In this document: positions 14,755-35,588 of the stretch, in pieces
How the letters are laid out: the number at the start of each line of letters is the position of its first letter
How positions within the stretch are numbered: the first letter of the stretch is position 1
Origin: Blastocystis sp. Blastoise
Taxonomy: Eukaryota; Protista; Bigyra: Opalinata
Assembly: GCA_039096225.1 (NCBI GenBank)
Contig: JBBPEB010000009.1
Location: forward strand, 558,001 to 622,000
Direction of reading: 5' to 3'
DNA: 64,000 bases
Notes under the pieces: model-generated
Databases searched by the model: none
What the model saw: only the letters and a program-made list of their open reading frames with translations
Told to the model about the DNA's origin: nothing
Translations under genes and position numbers: made by a program

Positions 14755-18850
<4,096 letters not shown>

Positions 18851-19495
18851 TGATTGTTTTATACTAATAATAATATGTATATATTAAAGAATATACATTT
18901 TTAATAATTATATTTATATGTATATATGTTTCTATTACTTACTCCTTTATATATATGTTGTATATTAATAATATATATCCATAATATATACATATTATCT
19001 AGAATAGTCATGTTAGTATTATTCACTTTTCTTATATTTTATTCTCTTTCTTCTTTTGAGGTGTCAGTGGGCTTACTTTTTATATATTTTTTGTAGTCTA
19101 TATAAACATATACTTATTTTTTTTCTACCTTTACATGTTCTAAGATATATATATTGTCATTTCCTTATGATTATACATATATTTATTTATTTACTGTCAT
19201 CATATTGTTTTGTGGATTTTTTCTCTCTTCTTTTTTCATTCATATTATTATTGTTGTCGTTAGATATGATATTCTTCCTTTTCAATTCTTCTTATCTTCT
19301 TTTATTGAGATTTGTTTTTGTTTTGTACGCTCTTCATGCATATTTATTGTAATTCTCTTGTATATATAATATATTGGTAATATACTATTTAGTTGAGTTA
19401 GTAGATTTTTAAAATATCCTTCATTTAATAGCTATATTTATAAAAATATCGATCACTTTAAAAAAAGACAAAAATTTAAAAACAGAAAAATTAAT

Positions 19496-19569
19496 TGCTC
19501 ACAACCGGGATCGAACCGGCGACCCCCGCGTTATTAGCACGGTGCTCTGACCGACTGAGCTATGCGAGC
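19496..19569 (-). tRNA. tRNA-Ile(AAT)
   Basis: Minus strand reads GCTCGCATAGCTCAGTCGGTCAGAGCA-CCGTG-CTAATAA-CGCGG...GGTTCGATCCC...GTGAGCA. Confidence 0.95.
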
Positions 19570-20156
19570 TTTATGTTTATTTTTCCGTTTTATACTATAC
19601 TAATTCTAATTAAATCTTTGTTTAATTTGAAAGGAAATATGATGAATTAGATGTGTTAATATGCATTATATTAATAGATATGTATGCTATTGTGATATTT
19701 ATTCACGTATATTACACAAATATCAATTTTATGAAAATATTTAATAAACAGTATCTATAAACCAGGACAAACATAAATTACTAACAGATTTTTTCCTTTT
19801 TTTGAAAACAAGTGTTTTTTTTTATTATATATTATATTTCTTGTTTATTTAAATTATTTTAGGTTCAATGAGATCATAGTAGTTTAGGTGAATACAAAAA
19901 AATAGTTTTTCTTGATATTAAGATTGTTGATAATTGACTATTTAATTATAATTCACTTAAAATAATATTAAAACTAAACAAAATACTATAAGAAACATAA
20001 ATATGACATATAAACATTCATTGTAATAGAAACTGAACCAGATGAATGAAATAATATGAAAAAAAGTGAAAAACTGAATATGGGAAACATGAAAAATGAG
20101 TGAATAGAGAAAATTGGTAATTAAATAAATATGAAACTATGAGAGTATGTCTATGA

Positions 20157-21300
20157 TTATAATAAATCGGTAATATAAGTTAAAATATTATTATTTGTAT
20201 CTCGTATATCTTTGTATTCACTTCTTTGAAATGCGATATTTGGAGACGGTGTAAAATAATTACAAATATTATTTTTGAATCTTGTTCGGTAATCTTCTGG
20301 CGGTAAAATAGTTGGCTGGGCATCTCCTACAATACAGGTCAGATTCTTAATATTATATTCTATAGATATATTTATAAAAATAAATTAGTTGTATATAAAT
20401 GAGAGTGAAATAGTAATAGTATATATATATATATATACCTATTTCTTTTTTAAATTCATAAGATGATAAATAATCAATAATTCCCATCACTAATTCTTGC
20501 TATATATATAATTAATAATAATAATATATATATATATAAATGATAATATATAATGATATTGATGGTGTCTATATCAATGAAGAATATTTGTGATATAAAC
20601 AGTATATATAAAGTGAAATATATATAAAGTGAACTATATATATACGGTATCTTCATCAATACCAATAAGAAGGGAATAATCCACGATATTCAGCGACGAT
20701 AAGAAGGAACTATCACGAAGAACAGAAGACACAAAATGGACAATATCCGATGGCTATATAATAAGTAATAATAAGAAATGATAATAAGTAATAATAAGAA
20801 ATAATAATATTTATAGAAGTGACGATTATTATGTTATTCAATATATATATATATATACTCGAATAGCTATACTTCTCCCTTGTCGATCTCTCCATATATT
20901 TGTATCTAACAACGTACTTGAGGAGTTAACAGCATATCTATTTCGTTCACTTCCCTTTAAATCATATTTGACAGTGATATGACGACGGTAAAATAAATTC
21001 TCCATGATCTTTATATATATATATATATAGAATTGAAATATATAAAAAAGAAGACAATTGAGAATGATCATAATAATTATATATATATATATACAATATA
21101 ATAGCTGATTGTTTTCGATGTATATTCATTGCCAGAAATAGAGAAAAGACCGTAAGAGGGGCACAGGAAGGAGTGAGAAGATTCAAATATAGATTGACTT
21201 TCGTATCTAAAGATAGGGGACATAAATGGAGGAGATAGGGGAAATGTAGAAGATAAAAAGAAATGATTTCAATCATTTTAGTATTTATATAAAAGATGAT

Positions 21301-21362
<62 letters not shown>

Positions 21363-23266
21363 ATATATATACTTAAAATATTTGAATCCTATAGAGGAAA
21401 AGGCCTTGAATTCTCGTTCCTGAATCTCTTTACATACGTATCGACCATCCATAGACTCATAAAATGTAGCTCCTATATATATATATAAGTGTAATAAACA
21501 TAATACAAAAATAATAATAAATAGTATAATAACTAGAATAACAAATATGATAATACTATAGAGTATACCTGATTTCCCGCCTTTTGTTTCGAGCGGTTTA
21601 CATCTCGATAAGGAGGTGATGAAGTCGATTTCTGTGATTCCAGAAGCTTTTCGAAGGGCATAAAACTATTAGGTATATATATATATATATATTATTAATG
21701 TTATTATTATATATACCTGAAGAGGGAAATAAACAGTGACTTGAAGACGTGTACCAGCTGTATTCTATATATATATATAAATTAAAAGAGATATATAACA
21801 TATAAAATAGTATACTATCCTAGTTAACACTATATATATATATATATACTAATAGAGGAGTATCAAAAGTGAATTGTATGTTACCATTCCATTGTAACTC
21901 GCGAATCAGAAATTCCTGTACGTTTTCAACGAAGAAGGATCCTCCAATCATATCATTGTCCGTTACAGGATCCCCACTAGCCGTTATAGATCCTCCTGCC
22001 ATTTGCAATCGTATCTTTGGAGGAGTATCTTTGTACGGTGTGTGAAATAGTGCATAGAAATCGCTATAGAACTCTTGACACGTGGTCAGCGCAGAAAAAG
22101 AAGACCGCGATGCGTCATCAGATTGTATTCCCGTTTCTGTCGGAATAGTATTACTGAATGGAGATCGACGAGGATCTCCATTATAAGTCTCTTTTATATA
22201 TATATCGTATTGTTTCTTGACTTCATTAATCATAGTTGCAATACCATCCTTATATAAATCACTACTGAGTACATGTGTAAAGATAGAAGTTGGCTCTTGA
22301 AGATATAACGGGAATACAAGAGAAGAAGGAGTAGAGAGATGGGGACAACCGAGAAAGATATCTTTTGGGAGGTGCGACTGTAGAGATAGGGGAATAGGAC
22401 GTTAGAAATAGGGGAAGAATATAATTATTTATATTTATATATATAGATATATACAAGGAGAGATTTGATATATTTAGATATCACATATGTAGATGAATAT
22501 ATTCGCGGGGGAAAGAGTAAATCTGATGTAGAATCAGTACTCTAATATATATATATAATATATAATATATATATATAATATATACTACTGAAGGAGGTGA
22601 AGCTAATCGAAGATAATCCCGACGACTCTATATATATATAGTTATATATATAGTTATATATATATATATATATATACAGAAACACTAGAATCTGAGAGAG
22701 AGTCAGAGACTATATATGAATATAATTATATATATAACTATATATTATATATATATATACCATTATATTCATTAAGTACATCCTGAATTCTTTCCTTATT
22801 TATATATATATATAACTATATATATATATATATATATTATATACTTATATATTCCAGAATATGCTCAAAGAAATCAATTACAGACTATATATATGAAATA
22901 TAATAATAATAATAGTAATGTTATATATACAGTTATAAATGTATATAGTTTTTGTTTATAAAGAACAGCTTCAGGAAATATATAATTCTTTAAACTCATA
23001 ATTGGTTCCACCCTATATATATATATATATATAGTTATATATATATAATAATTACCATTCACAAATTTCTCTATATTCCAAAATGACTTTGTTTTTCAAG
23101 AGATTAAATGCATCTTTTACTTCTTTACTATTCTGATTACCTTCTATTCGTTGAATCCATTGTAGTAATTCATTCACACTTGTGTCCCCCATTTGACGGA
23201 GGGATTCGAATGTGTCATCAACGTACGTCTGTAATTTTGAATCTACTTGATAACTAGTATCAGGTC

Positions 23267-23311
<45 letters not shown>

Positions 23312-24442
23312 TAATAATAATAAATATACATAGAAACATCATAAACAGTCATTTCTCCCACGGTTATTGTTACAGTAATACCTTCCCATGTTATATATAA
23401 TTTCTAATACATATATATATATAATGAATCATTTCTTATAATATATATACTTTATTAAATAACATGTGATCATCACACGTGCTCTTGAGGGATTGATCAT
23501 AAAAACACATTTCAAAGAATTTGGAGGTCAGTATGTTCAATACTGCTGCAGGAATAATAGAGTGTTCACTTGTCTTTTTACATTCTTTACAATATCTATT
23601 ATGATATAATATATTAACAATATTTATAAATAGTATATAGTGTATCATAGTATATATACGTATAGATAGAATAGAACATAGACTTCTTATCTCCTTCTTG
23701 GCGGGGTTTGTCGGCGGGCTCATTTCGTTTATTTTTTTCTCTCTCAATTTCTATATATCGATTATTGTGCATAAGAACAAATTTATGTTCATAACTCTTC
23801 TTATTACAAGGATCACTAGAGAGAGGATAGGAGGGAGATTATATATATATATATATTATATAATAAAAGGTATAGTACAAATAATAAATTAAAAAAAAAA
23901 ATAATAAAATATTAAAAAAATATTATATGAATAAGGTTTTATAACTATAATAGTAGACAATTACAGAATAAGACACTCTTTAAATCTTATTATGAATAAT
24001 AATAATAATAATATATATATATACTTAAGGAATACATTTTTCTCTTCAAAGAAATATGTATGAAGGAATTCTCTTAATGTTCTCACATCTCTACCTTGAA
24101 ATAGATAAGTATATACTTGATATGAACAGCACTATAGAGATATATATTATATTATTATTATAATATAAATGTAAATATCAGAAATAAAAATAAATAGAAA
24201 TCTATACATTAAGAAAAATAGAATAATAAGAAAAAGTCACAAATTATATAATGATCATGTATAATGATATATGAATATAGCTTATTAAAACAATGTAGCA
24301 CTATAATTCCCGTGATTATATATGTAATTATATACAGGTTTATCATTAAGAATATAAAGGGCAGTCATTGTAATGGATTGTGTTTCAAACGGATTGGCGG
24401 GAAGAGGCGCGGGAGACGGACAAATATTCGACCCTTTGGATC

Positions 24443-24490
<48 letters not shown>

Positions 24491-26344
24491 GTAATAATAA
24501 TATATATATACAATCCATAGACTATATAAGGAGAGCTTGACAGTGTTTTATACTTATTCTTATCTCGATAATCACCTGTTTCTGATGGAATTTCCGTGGG
24601 AATACGAGATAATCCTAGAGCCACCAACAAATTCTTTTCTTGTTTTAAAGAGAGTCGTGACTATATAATAATAAACATAATAAACATAATAATATATACC
24701 CTTATAATATAACTTAGAATATCTCTCATTTTTGATAAAATAGAAGTATTACTTCCTCTTAAACATATAGTACCTATATTATATATATATATATATATAT
24801 ATTATATACATCCATCAAAGGTACTTATACCTTGGAAACAACAGTAGGTCGTGATCTTCTGAGTAAACTTCTATATAATAGGTATAATACGTATAATAAT
24901 AATGATAATAATAAATAATAATAATAAATAATAATAATAAATAATAATAATAAATAATAATAATAAATAATAATAATAATAAACAATAATGCATATATTT
25001 ACTCGTTGAGCATTATTCCTTTTATTCACGGGGAGAATAGACACAAGTGAACGAAAGTCTTCTATTCGAAATGCGTTGCACATGCCTATATAACGGCTAT
25101 CTTCTGCCACTATAACACAATCATTAATATACTCATAAATAATAATAAAAATATTAATAAATAAATAAATAAATAAATAAATAAAAATATATATTTATAC
25201 AGTTAACGGTATCCATGTGTTGAATAACTTCTATATTAAGCATTTGGGCCATTGTATTAATAATGACAGACCCACAATTAGCCAGTACAGTCACGTGATA
25301 CTATAGAGAATGAGGGATTATAAAAACATAATTAAATAGTAGTTTATATACATCAACGAGTAAATCATATGCTTTTGCGCACACGTGCTTTTCAACCAAT
25401 ATAACGTCAGGTTTCAGATGCATAATTTTATCCACCAATAATTGCATTGAACTATATGTATATTGGATAATAATATATCATATATTCATAGAAATATAAT
25501 ATATAATCATATATAATAAATAATGCGTATATTTAAATATATAGTACAAAATCTACTATATACAAATAGAGAATCATTATATATATATATATACTCATCT
25601 TCTTGGTTAATAATAGTAGCCATGGACACCAAAGTATATGTTTCATGGTAAAAATCGAGTTCCCCCGCGAATACTGCTATACGAGGGCTTTCTATATATT
25701 TATTCGTTGCCTATATATATTATTATTATTATTATTATTATCATTGTTATTCATTTATTTATTGTATATATACATAAAAATATAAAATAATAATAATAAT
25801 AATAATAAAAGAAGAAACAACAATTATGTTATTATATACATTATTATCTAAATAATTGAAACATATATATAAATACTTTCTTCGGTATATCTTTTTGGAT
25901 GATAAGGCCATCAAACACGCCGCTATCTCCGATCTCTCCTCCTTCAATTAATTCTATATATATATTCTGATATATATTATCTATTATATCATCTTCTTCA
26001 TATATAGGAAGAATAGAAGAAGAAGAAGTATGAAGATTTGATGAAGATTTATTTGGACCTAATCTGGGGGATCCGAAACGACTCATTGGATGATCCCCAC
26101 TTCCACTTGTACTACTTCCACTAGAATTCAAATTACGACGAATCTTCTTAGGAATTGTATCCCCAGAACTGGAGTTATTCCCGTGGTTACGATCGGTTTC
26201 ATTAAGGCATTTATTATGTAGTTTTTTAGATACTAATTGTATGGCATATTTAGATATAGCAAGAATGGCGGCAAAATAGGCGGGTTCCCTTGAAGAAAGA
26301 GTAGAATCAAGTAATAATTCATGAAGCTGATTGTGAAGGTATTC

Positions 26345-26384
<40 letters not shown>

Positions 26385-28789
26385 ATGAATGATAAGAATA
26401 GTCTAGTTAATGATAAAAATATATAATATATAATTGATTAAATATTAAATAAAGTGAATAATAATAAATATAAAAAAAATATAAAAAAAAAAAATCCTTT
26501 TAATACTCAAAAAAAAAAAAAAAAAAAACAAAAAAAAAACATATCATAATAACTCCATACATTGTTTCTGTTCCATTAATTTGGCAATATATAGTTTTTG
26601 TTTATTCTTCAGTTGTGGTGATAATATACGTTCAGGAACAGAAGTTTGAAGAGAGGATAGTGAATCTGAAGAGAAATTACGTATTTTGTTGGGTAGGAGT
26701 GATGGACTGGGAGGTGTAGAGACTGTGTTGATAGGGGCAGCATTCGCAGTTGAATGAGTATATGCATGTGACATAGGGGGGGATAAGTATAACGGTGGTG
26801 ACGGTGACGCACTCTTGAAGGGGAATGGAGGAGACATGAATTGTGTTGCTGACTGTGCTTTCTTGTGTTTTATTTTAGATGTATTTGTATATAGAGAAGG
26901 AGAAGGTGAAGGAGAACCAGGAAGAGGAGAAGTAGTAGCTGAATTAGCTGGCATAAGAAAATTCTTTGTAGTTCTAGAGGAAAGAGGAGATCCCAAAATT
27001 GTGTTACCTCCAGTAATCGCGGGAATAGTGACTGTTTTTGAGGATATAGGTGTAGGTATACAAGTAGAGCTTTTCGAGGAAGGAGGAATATGGATATTGG
27101 TATATATAGAATGAGTAGGAGTAGAGACAGGTGTAATATGAGAAGAAGAAAAAGAGGGAGATAAAGATGGTCTCGGTAGGGATGTAGGTGTGACATTGAC
27201 GTCGATGGTGGGGGTTCCAAAGGATAGAGACGCGGGTCCTGCGATATAATTGGATGTTATTGGGCCTCCAAAGGTAGGGGAGAGTGAGTAGTAGGTAGAA
27301 GTGGGAGATTTAATAGTATTATTATTAGTAGTAGTAGAAGATGGATAGAGATCATTTGGAGGAAGAGGAGTAGAAGAGAGAACAATAATATTATTCGTGC
27401 CACTGGAATGTGAAGTATGATTAGGAGAAGAAGCAGCAGAAATAATATTATTTCCTGATTTAGTATGAATATGAATAGATCGATGATGTTGAGGAGAAGG
27501 GTCTAAGTCTGTGGAGGGGAGGGAAGCCGGAGGAATAGATGTAGAAAGAGAGGGAGAGAAAGTGGAATAGTCATAGGAGGGGAGAGCTATACCGACATAT
27601 CCTGAAGATGGGAGAAGGACGTTGTCACTAGGGTGGAAATGGAAAAAGAGGTAAGGATAGGGAAATAAAGTAAATAAATAGATTATATATGTGTATGTAA
27701 TTATATATATATATACATATTAATATTTGATGGCTCTTCAATTGGTTCAACTATAGATATAAACATATATAATATAAATATATATAATATATAATATATA
27801 ATTATATAAATATATAAGTATAAATATATGTATACGTTGAATAGAGGAAGATTTGATCCAAAGATCTTGTGAGTGATCTTTCGAATTGATTGGATGTTGA
27901 TTAATACTGTTTTGTACATTACTAATAGCGCAAGAATTGATTGGAGGATAATGTAGTAATTGAGGGTTCTGATTGGTATAATTAACATGAGGCGTTGGTG
28001 TATGTTGAGGAGTTAACGTATGTGGGGATTTAGTATGTGATTTTAATCCACTTAAATTGAATGATGGAATATCAGTCTTTCGACTATATATATAGGTATA
28101 TACAATAAACAGAATAAACATAATAAAAATATTCTTATATCTATTATTATAGAAAAAAAACTTACTTATCTTTATACATCTCCTATAATAAGAATAAAGG
28201 ATAGATAGAATAATTGAATAAATAACATACATATAAAGCATTATAACAATTGATGCATAGTCTGTCATTACTAACAAATCCGTATCTATCTGCCTAATCA
28301 TGAAAATAAATTAAAAAAAATATCTTTATTAATTTAAATAGAGTAAAAAATAACTATAACAAAAAGATAATGATAAATTAAACTTACAGTGATTCGTTGT
28401 GGACAACAATGGTTACAAAATACATAGCCACATTTTCGACAATGATGTTTTCGTCGAAAGAATGAAAACTTTTTATCACAATGAATACAACTACTACACA
28501 CTTTATTTGGCATCCAGTAATCATCTCGACTTAACTAAAATATGTGGAGATAAATAAGAACATAATAAAGGGTATATTCATACACTTAAAGCACTTTCAT
28601 CGTCAACATCACCTATAAATGATTAAAATTTATATAAAGAAGATCTTAAATACCATAGACATATTCACCCTCACATTCATCTTCATCTTCGCTTTCACTT
28701 GATGACTCATTTCGTTGAAAGAAAACAAGTTTTTGTGAATTAGGAGTTTCTTTTTTATCTTGTTCTTTTTTCTTGAATAGTTTATTCAT
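20157..28789 (-). CDS. FAB1: 1-phosphatidylinositol-3-phosphate 5-kinase (Fab1/PIKfyve)
   Basis: FYVE (YWMPN..C..C..RRKHHCRKCGYVFC), Ser/Pro-rich linker, CCT/TCP1-like domain (KPDVILVEK, ICLRG), YCKEC region, EPTSIF, and PIPK domain (SLSRC, GGKSGA, MENLF, YDLKGSERNR, DYSLLIG, GIIDY, PTILPPEDYRTRF). More than 25 introns. Confidence 0.93.
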
Positions 28790-29223
28790 ACCTATATTTC
28801 TTATTTGTCTCACTATTGAAGAATGAAAGGATATAGCAAGAAAAAGAATAGTGTTTAAAAATTGATTCTATTTATGAATATTTTCTAGTTTTCCTGTGTT
28901 TTTTCTAAACAATCGAAAAAAATAAAATGAACAATCTTTTTAAAACTTTGCTTTTTCTGTACTATTTGGTTTGACACTGTTAATGTTTTAATATTCTATA
29001 AAGAAAGCAGCGATATGAATGTGGTTGACATAAATAACAAAACTTGAGGACAATTATAGAAAAAATAATGTTGATCAAAAATAGAGTTTCAAAGAATATG
29101 AGAAAAAATAGCTAATTCAAAATAGAAAACGAAAAAAATAAAGCGAAAAAAAGAAAAAAAAAATAAGTTTATTTATAAAAAGAATGAACTTTTGAAGACA
29201 ATTGTATGTTATGAAAATATCAT

Positions 29224-30424
<1,201 letters not shown>

Positions 30425-30745
30425 AGATTTAAAAATATGGGAAATAATCAAAATAATGTAGAAAACATTAAAAAAATAATAGAAACTGTTTCTATAAAAC
30501 AAATAATCAGTGTTATCTCTAAAACTATTGTTGAAATTGACAAAAAACCATGACTCTCGCTATAGATAGGTTTCTCTGTTTGTTTTTGAAAGAAATTATT
30601 TTTTGCCTTATCTTTTACATTGTTTCACGGGTGACATTTTGGCGTAGACATGAAACCGATAACATGAACTGATTTCTGCCAGTCTTTTATCAAGAAAGTC
30701 ATTTTAATTTTTTTTCCTTTTGTTCTTAGTCCTTGGCTTTGAAAA

Positions 30746-32213
30746 ATGTTTTCTAAATTAGGAAAGCTTGCATTGAATGTAAGTGCTATTAGCAGAAATG
30801 TTTTTCAAACTAAAACTATTCAACAATTACCTTTTGTTGCTGCTCGTTCTTTCGCATCTACTGTAGAGATGGATGAAAGATTACCTATGTTACGTAATAT
30901 TGGTATTTCTGCTCATATTGATTCAGGAAAGACTACTCTTACTGAACGTATTCTTTTTTATACCCATAGAATCAGTCAGATTCATGATGTTAGAGGTAAA
31001 GATGGTGTGGGTGCAAAGATGGATTCTATGGATTTAGAAAGAGAAAAGGGTATTACTATTCAGTCTGCAGCAACTCATTGTGATTGGAAACAAAATCATA
31101 TTAATATCATTGATACACCTGGACATGTCGATTTTACTATTGAAGTCGAAAGAGCTCTTCGTGTATTAGATGGTGCTATTCTTGTTTTATGTGGTGTTGG
31201 TGGTATTTATATATTATAATATATATAAAACATTCATTTAAATAAATATTTTATGTATTTTTTATATTATATTTAATAAATATACTAAAAATATGAATAG
31301 GTGTTCAAAGTCAGTCAATTACCGTAGATCGTCAAATGAAACGTTATGGTGTTCCTCGTGTTGCTTTTATTAATAAACTTGATCGTCAAGGCGCAAATCC
31401 AGATCGAGTTGTTCAACAATTAAGAGATAAATTACATTTAAATGCTGCTGCTGTTCAAGTATATGAGTGAATTTATATGTAATATTTATAGTCTTGTAAT
31501 TATTATTATTATGAATGTATTTAATATGGTTATACATAATCAATCATTATTTATAGTTCTATTTATAATTTTTATATATTTTTGTTTATATATATATATT
31601 TTGTTTATTTTTTATTTTATTTTATTATATTTTTATATATAGGTTCCTATAGGTATAGAGAAAGATTTAGTCGGTGTAGTGGATATACTTCGTAATAAAG
31701 CTATATACTTTGAAGGAGAGAATGGAGAAATATTAAGAGAAACTGATGTACCTAAAGAATTAGAAGAAAAAGTATATATATATATAATTATTAGGAGTAT
31801 TAAAATATAGTCAAAATACTCTATTTATTAATATTATTTTATTTATTATATACTTATATAATATTGTATCATTTAATTTATATTCTTATATATATAATTT
31901 ATTAATATTATTTCATTTATTATATACTTAAATATATATAGGTATCTAAGAAGCGTAAGACTTTATTTGAGTGTTTAGCTGAAGTAAATGAAGAGATGGA
32001 GGAGTTATTTTTAATGGAAGAAACTCCTTCTGAAGAACAATTTAAAAAGGCTATTCGTAAGAGTGTTATTGATTGTACGTTTGTACCTGTTTTTATGGGA
32101 TCCGCTTTCAAAAATAGAGGTGTATATATTTATATTTATTATATTTATTATATTTAATATATTTATTATTTATTTTATTTAATATATTTATTATTTATTC
32201 TATTTATTCTATT

Positions 32214-32282
<69 letters not shown>

Positions 32283-33410
32283 TTCAACCTTTATTAGATG
32301 GTGTTTGTGACTATTTACCTGCCCCTACGGATAAAGTCAATAAGGCTTTAGATCTAGATAATAATGAACAAGAAGTATATTATATTATTATATTATTATA
32401 TTATTATTATTATATTTATTATTATTATTATTATATTTATTATTATATTTATTATTATTATCATTATATTTATTATGTGTATATAGATATCTTTAAGTGG
32501 TACTAATGAGGATAATATGGTTGCCTTAGCATTTAAATTAGAAGAAAGCAGATTTGGACAACTTACTTATTTACGTATGTATCAAGGTAATTTAAAGAGA
32601 GCTGATACTATTACTAATATGAGAACTAGAAAAACTGTTAAAGTATATATATATGCTCTTCTATGATTATATATACTTCTACTATTATATATACCTCTAT
32701 TATTATATGTCCCTATATATATATATATATATGATATCCTTCTATGATTATAGGTCCCCCGTATTGTTCGTATGCACAGTAATGAAATGGAAGAGGTCGA
32801 CAGTATTGGTAGTGGAGAAATTGTGGCCATGTTTGGTATTGACTGTAATTCAGGTAATATATATATATATATATATATATATTAATTATAATATACTATA
32901 CAATAATTATATTTTATTCTTCATAATTTATTGTATTATCTTTGTTTTATATATATATTATTAATATATACTATTTTTATAAAAGTCTTATGTTTATCAT
33001 ATATATATATATGTATATATGATAATGAGTATAAGTGTATATACTTCTATAGGAGATACATTTACCAATAATAAAGTTCATTATTCAATGACCTCAATGT
33101 TTGTTCCTGAACCCGTCATGTCTCTCGCTATTTCTCTTAAGAATAAATCGAATGATGCCAACTTTGTTAAGGTATATATATAATATATATATATATATAG
33201 ACTTTATTCTATATATTTATTAATTATTATTATCATTATTAAATATAACAATATATATATAGGCTTTAACTCGTTTCCAGCGTGAGGATCCTACCTTCCG
33301 AATGGAGATTGATAAGGAGAGTAAGGAAACCATTATTAGAGGAATGGGAGAACTCCACTTACAGATCTATGTAGAACGAATGAAACGTGAATATAAATGT
33401 GAACTTAATG

Positions 33411-33443
<33 letters not shown>

Positions 33444-33646
33444 AATAAGTATATACTAATTCTTATATATTATATATTATATATTATATATTATATATTA
33501 TATATAGGTTTCTCCTCCACGTGTTAATTACCGTGAAACTATTCAGTCACGTGCTGACTTTAATTATCTCCATAAGAAGCAAAGCGGTGGTGCCGGTCAA
33601 TTTGGTCGTGTTATTGGGTATATTGAACCTATTGAGGAAGGAGGCG

Positions 33647-33678
<32 letters not shown>

Positions 33679-34884
33679 CTACTCTATATGCTATATATGT
33701 TTATATTATGTACTTCAAATTGATTATATATATAACTATGATATATTTCATTATATTAATAACTATATAGACTATTGTATATTATATTCTTGTAATATAT
33801 TTATATATATAAATATAGACTATGTATATACATTCTATTCTATATAGCCTAAATTTGAGTTTGTGAATAAGTTGATTGGTAATAATATTCCTCCTGAGTA
33901 TGTTCCTGCTATAGAGAAGGGGTTCTTGGAATCCATGGAGAAAGGACGATTATTAGGATATCCTATTACCAATATGAGATTCGTACTCTTGTATATATAT
34001 TATATTATATTATATTATATATATTATATTATAATTCTCTATTATATTATAATTCTCTATTATATTATAATTCTCTATTATATTACCTTTTCATCATCAT
34101 CATCATCTCTCTTTCTGTCTCTATACTCTTCTATCTATAATACTCTCTAGGGATGGTCAAAGTCACTCTGTCGATAGTAATGAACTCGCTTTCCGTACTG
34201 CCGCCAAGAACGCTGTTTATAGCGTCTTTGAAGCCGCTAATCCTGTACTTCTTGGTATATAGATATATATTATATTATTATTCTATAATACTAATAAATA
34301 GAATATTCTATTATTCTATGTAATTTCTTTTTGATTATTTTTCTTCCTCTATATATATATATGTATTTATTTTTATATATAATATCGTTTATGTTTCCCC
34401 TACCTCTAGAGCCTTTAATGTCCGTAGAAGTGACAGTCCCTCAAGACTTCCAGGGTGTGGTATTAGGGGGGTTGAATCGTCGTAAGGGTCTAATTCAGAA
34501 TAGTAGTGTTGATGAACGAGGCATGCTTACTATAGATGCTGATGTCCCTCTTGTAAGTATGTTCGGATATAGTACTGATCTTAGATCTCAAACACAAGGT
34601 ATATATATATATATTAATAGATTTGATATTATCATAAAAACATATTATATATACTTTTGTTAATATATATAATAATATTATAATTAAATATTTATGATAA
34701 TAATAATAATGCTATAATTAACTATTTATGATAATAATAATAATAATACTATTATAATTAATCTATTTATGCTAATACTATAGGCCAAGGTGAATTTACT
34801 ATGGAATATAAGTCTATGGCACGTGTTCCTAGAAATATTCTTGAAGAACTACAAAGAGCTCAAGCTTCTAAACAACAAAAGTAA
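30746..34884 (+). CDS. GFM1: Mitochondrial elongation factor G (EF-G1)
   Basis: N-terminal presequence, [20 protein letters not shown]-type [52 protein letters not shown]. Thirteen GT-AG introns. Confidence 0.96.
32217..32280. repeat. (TA)n microsatellite abutting a 3' splice site
   Basis: TA array that ends directly in the acceptor AG. Confidence 0.9.
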
Positions 34885-35588
34885 ATAATATATATATATA
34901 TATATGTATATACATATATTCATTTCTTTTTATTCTCTTTTAATTCATTAATTGATATTTTATTTTATAAAAAATTATATATTCTTTTATTTATTCATTC
35001 TTTTTTTATCCACTTTTTTTCATGATCTATATATACTTGGGAAATGTTTTTATTTGAATTCTATCCTTATGTTTCAATGAAAACTCTATTATATATTTGT
35101 TTTGCTTATATTACAAATTTTATTCTTTTGTTTTCCCATTTCCAAATGAAGTATCCTTAAATAAATTATTTTGATATCTTTCTACTTTCAAAAATGATGT
35201 TTGTATAAGTTTTCTATGCATATTTCTAAAAATTACAACAACAACAAATTAGTATTCATAAAAATAAAAAGAGATTTACCATATTCGAATGTTCTATAGT
35301 TTTTCCACACTATTTAAAATACTAAAAGCAAAATATTAACACACATTTAGTTCGCTTTAATTCAATTGTGAAACTATTTCAATAGTTAAGCTTTCTACAT
35401 ATAGACGTAGTCATTCAAACTCCATTGAATATATATTGAAGACAATTATGAAATTGTAGGATATAGCTTTTGGGTGCAAATGTAAAAAGTAAAAAATGCG
35501 ATTCTCTGGGTTTATTTAAGAAACTGACTACAAAAGAAAATAAAATCATTTCAATATTCATTTGTTCTTTTTTGTGTTATTCATTGCT

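Noticed and set aside
26815-27220. Overlapping and antisense ORFs in the GC-richer Fab1 region
   Set aside because: Shadows of the long Ser/Pro-rich Fab1 exon.
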